Below, in pieces: positions 61,576 through 64,000 of a stretch of 64,000 bases of DNA (position 1 is its first letter; every line of letters starts with the position of its first letter). A program made the position numbers and the translations under genes. The stretch is from Isurus oxyrinchus (lineage: Eukaryota). The stretch lies in contig JANJGN010000188.1 in NCBI GenBank assembly GCA_026770705.1, positions 620,001-684,000 of the forward strand. Direction: 5' to 3'. Below the pieces are notes generated by a model that was given only the letters and a program-made list of their open reading frames with translations, made no database searches and was not told where the DNA came from.

Positions 61576-62359
61576 CATCCTGTAGCCATTCAGTCCAGGA
61601 TTGCCGTTTTCCCTTTCACTGCAGCACACCACATGACCACTCTGTCCAGTCAATTTCACTTTCAGTTTTTCTGCTTATCTCAGGATTGATCTTGATTGAA
61701 ATGCGCACTGAATGCCTTCCTGTCTCTGTTTTAAAACATGACTGACAACACGGTGGTCATGTATTATATTTACAAATGACTTATGTAGAGATTTCTGGGG
61801 TGTGGGGGTTTGTGACAGGTGTGTAAAATGGATGCTAGCCACAATCAAATCCTCAGTAAAACTCATTGACCCTGTGACGCCCTTGTTACAACTCAGGAGA
61901 GGCTGCAGTTAAACTGTCCGCAGCATGGTCCAACAAGCTGCGATGTGTCATTAGCCATGTATCCTTCCCCCACTATCACCCAATCTTCAGAAGCGCCTAC
62001 GTTCCCCTATAAAAATGGGATGGGGGATACAACTTCTGATAGCTTCCAAAAACCACACCCCCACCAGACCAACACATTTCACCTGTCCAATGTGTCATTT
62101 ACTCTAAATCCCAGGAAGCATTGAAGGATGGCAGTAAACATTTAGAGAGCCCCATAACATTTCACAATTCAATTCCAGACCATCAGAGATGTTCCACTGT
62201 GGATGAAGTAGTTTATTTCTTAAAGCTTTAATGTGAAAAAGCTGCAAACGGATTGCCCACAGCAAGATGCCAAAAGCAGCACCACATTGCGTAACGGAGA
62301 CACTTCCACATCGTCACCAGCTACGTTGTGCTATTCAGACCTTCTATTTCCATTTGTTA

Positions 62360-62670
62360 CACCATCTGTCCCCCTCTCTCACTTTTTCCATCAAATGCTC
62401 CACTCTCCCATTTTTCTGCATGTCTCTTTGTCTTCCTCTAAATTTTTCCTCAATTTTTCCACTCTCTCTCTTTGTCTCGCTCCCTCTATCCATTTGTGGC
62501 TGTATCTCTATCGCCCTGTCTCTCTCACAGTATCTTCAATCTCTGCCTCTCTTTCTCTAAATCCTCAATCCCTCCTCTGTCTCTGTCTCTCTGCCTTACC
62601 CTCCTGCTCCATCGCTCTCTCTCACTTCCTGTCTATTTCCTCAATTAGCCAGACCCCTCCCCCCAGTGCT
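62360..62670. repeat. CT-rich low-complexity (polypyrimidine) tract
   Basis: Degenerate (CT)n and (CTGT)n runs. Confidence 0.8.
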
Positions 62671-62959
62671 CTGTGGGAATTGCCTTGCTGGTTTTCAACT
62701 GTTGGATTTCAGTCCAATCAGCCTGAGGTATCATGATTACGGTCAGGCAGTCTGGCCAATGCCGGGGTACAGAGATGTCTGGAGATGTTTTATTTTCTGT
62801 CCTGTCAATAATGGGTAGCAATAATATGCAGTCAGCTTGGCCAATGGGATTGAGAGGTGTTCGGCGTTGTGTGTGTTTTTTTTTCTGTTCAGTCAGTGAG
62901 GGATATCTATGATGGGAAGGCAGCCCAGACAATGGAAACACTCAGCGACTGAGTTCTTC

Positions 62960-63861
62960 TCATCCTTGTTTGAATTGAAGGAATAGGTTTAAGGGATATT
63001 TCAAAACATTCTTCAACTGCTGTCTGAATGGCGTCTGTGTCACAGTATAAATCGCAGTGTTAGTGCAGCAGCTGAAAAGCTGCAGCATGAAGCCCAACTC
63101 CTTAAGAAACCCATGCAACTGTACAGAAGCAAACCCCAAATTCCACATCCGCCTCCATAGAGAATAAACCATTAACATTGACCATAGCAGGATGAAATTG
63201 GCTGAAATCACGAATAGTAAAATGATGGATTTCCTTCGACTCTCCAGCTCTGCGTCTCTGGGAGTCTGCCCACTGCTGTGAGCCCGGAGTCTCCTGCGGG
63301 CTCTGCTGCTCACTAAAATGTGTCTGACAGTGAGAACATTGAGCAGCAGAATCAGGACAAATGGGACACATGGAGTTATAATGTGATGGAGGAACTCGAT
63401 TTTTATCCAGAGTGGAGAGATTTGAGCATCGACTGTGACCTCACAAAACCAGGGGGTTGTCATCAACCAATACCGACCTGTAAACATAAAATACCAGAAA
63501 AGGTTCTTTAAACAGCTCAGAATGGTCACTATTCTCATCACCACAGTCGCTGTTCTCTCGTTGCAATATTTTCTTTTCAGCTTTGTACAAGAAATGACCA
63601 CAAAACGATCAAAGGTGAAAGTAACGGTGAACCAAACAGAACAGTCAGTTGCTGCATAGAGCAGGACGGCGTGGATATTACACACGGGGATAGAAACCAG
63701 GAAATAAAACTGTTCCCGAAAAACAATCGGAATCTGTCTCAATATCAGGTCCAGGATGACGACCAGTAGATCTGCCACTGCCATGGCCACCAGGTAACAA
63801 GTGACACATTTGGATAGACCACAGTTTTTGCTTTTCAGGATCACAATTGTAATTATGTTCA
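62960..63861 (-). CDS. GPR139/GPR142-like rhodopsin-class GPCR, terminal exon 2 (exon 1 outside the window)
   Basis: ctttcttacag acceptor at 63862-63864, phase 1. Uninterrupted ~300-codon frame with LVAMAVADLL, VWFTVTFTFDRFVVI, RRKSIILLF, SCCTNTAIY and TQTPFRQQLK. Confidence 0.9.
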
Positions 63862-64000
63862 CTGTAAGAAAGGTGGAAATGAAATAAACATTAGGCTGGG
63901 AAAGAATTTACCAATTTGATGCAGATCTTGTCAGCTCCAATTGATTAACTGCACCTTGTGATTTTTAGAATTAAATTGGCCCCGTAGAACATCAGAGAAG

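Noticed and set aside
62233-62736. 167-aa Ser/Leu-rich ORF
   Set aside because: Produced by the CT-rich low-complexity tract.
63860-63862. GTG start for a single-exon 300-aa GPCR
   Set aside because: The G belongs to the cag splice acceptor. The paralog shows a separate exon 1.

Overview
This is vertebrate, non-microbial DNA, most likely a cartilaginous fish (shark). That is inferred from the CR1/Penelope/SINE repeat landscape and from two-exon GPR139-like receptors. Most ORFs in the supplied track are spurious or come from transposons. The window is a decaying multigene cluster. It holds one intact tRNA-Asp(GTC) gene and nine tRNA pseudogenes (Gly x2, Thr x2, Lys x2, Ser, Glu, Asp). It also holds two H3.3-type processed histone pseudogenes, replication-dependent H2A and H3 relics that keep 3' stem-loops, one apparently intact exon 2 of a GPR139/GPR142-like GPCR, and a complete two-exon pseudogene of that family. 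Much of the window is built from three diverged copies (A 1-8890, B 10180-20980, C 44640-54050, plus a partial D) of a composite cassette: tRNA-Lys, tRNA-Thr, tRNA-Asp, a previously hidden multi-exon BEN-domain gene with an antisense H3.3 retrocopy in its first intron, and tRNA-Gly. Mobile elements include many CR1/L2 LINE fragments, an RTE, a Vingi/Ingi-like LINE, a GalEa-like Copia relic, a solo LTR, and Penelope-like fragments with a hammerhead-like core and a perfect 83-bp palindrome. Family assignments come from recalled motifs, not database searches, and repeat boundaries are approximate.
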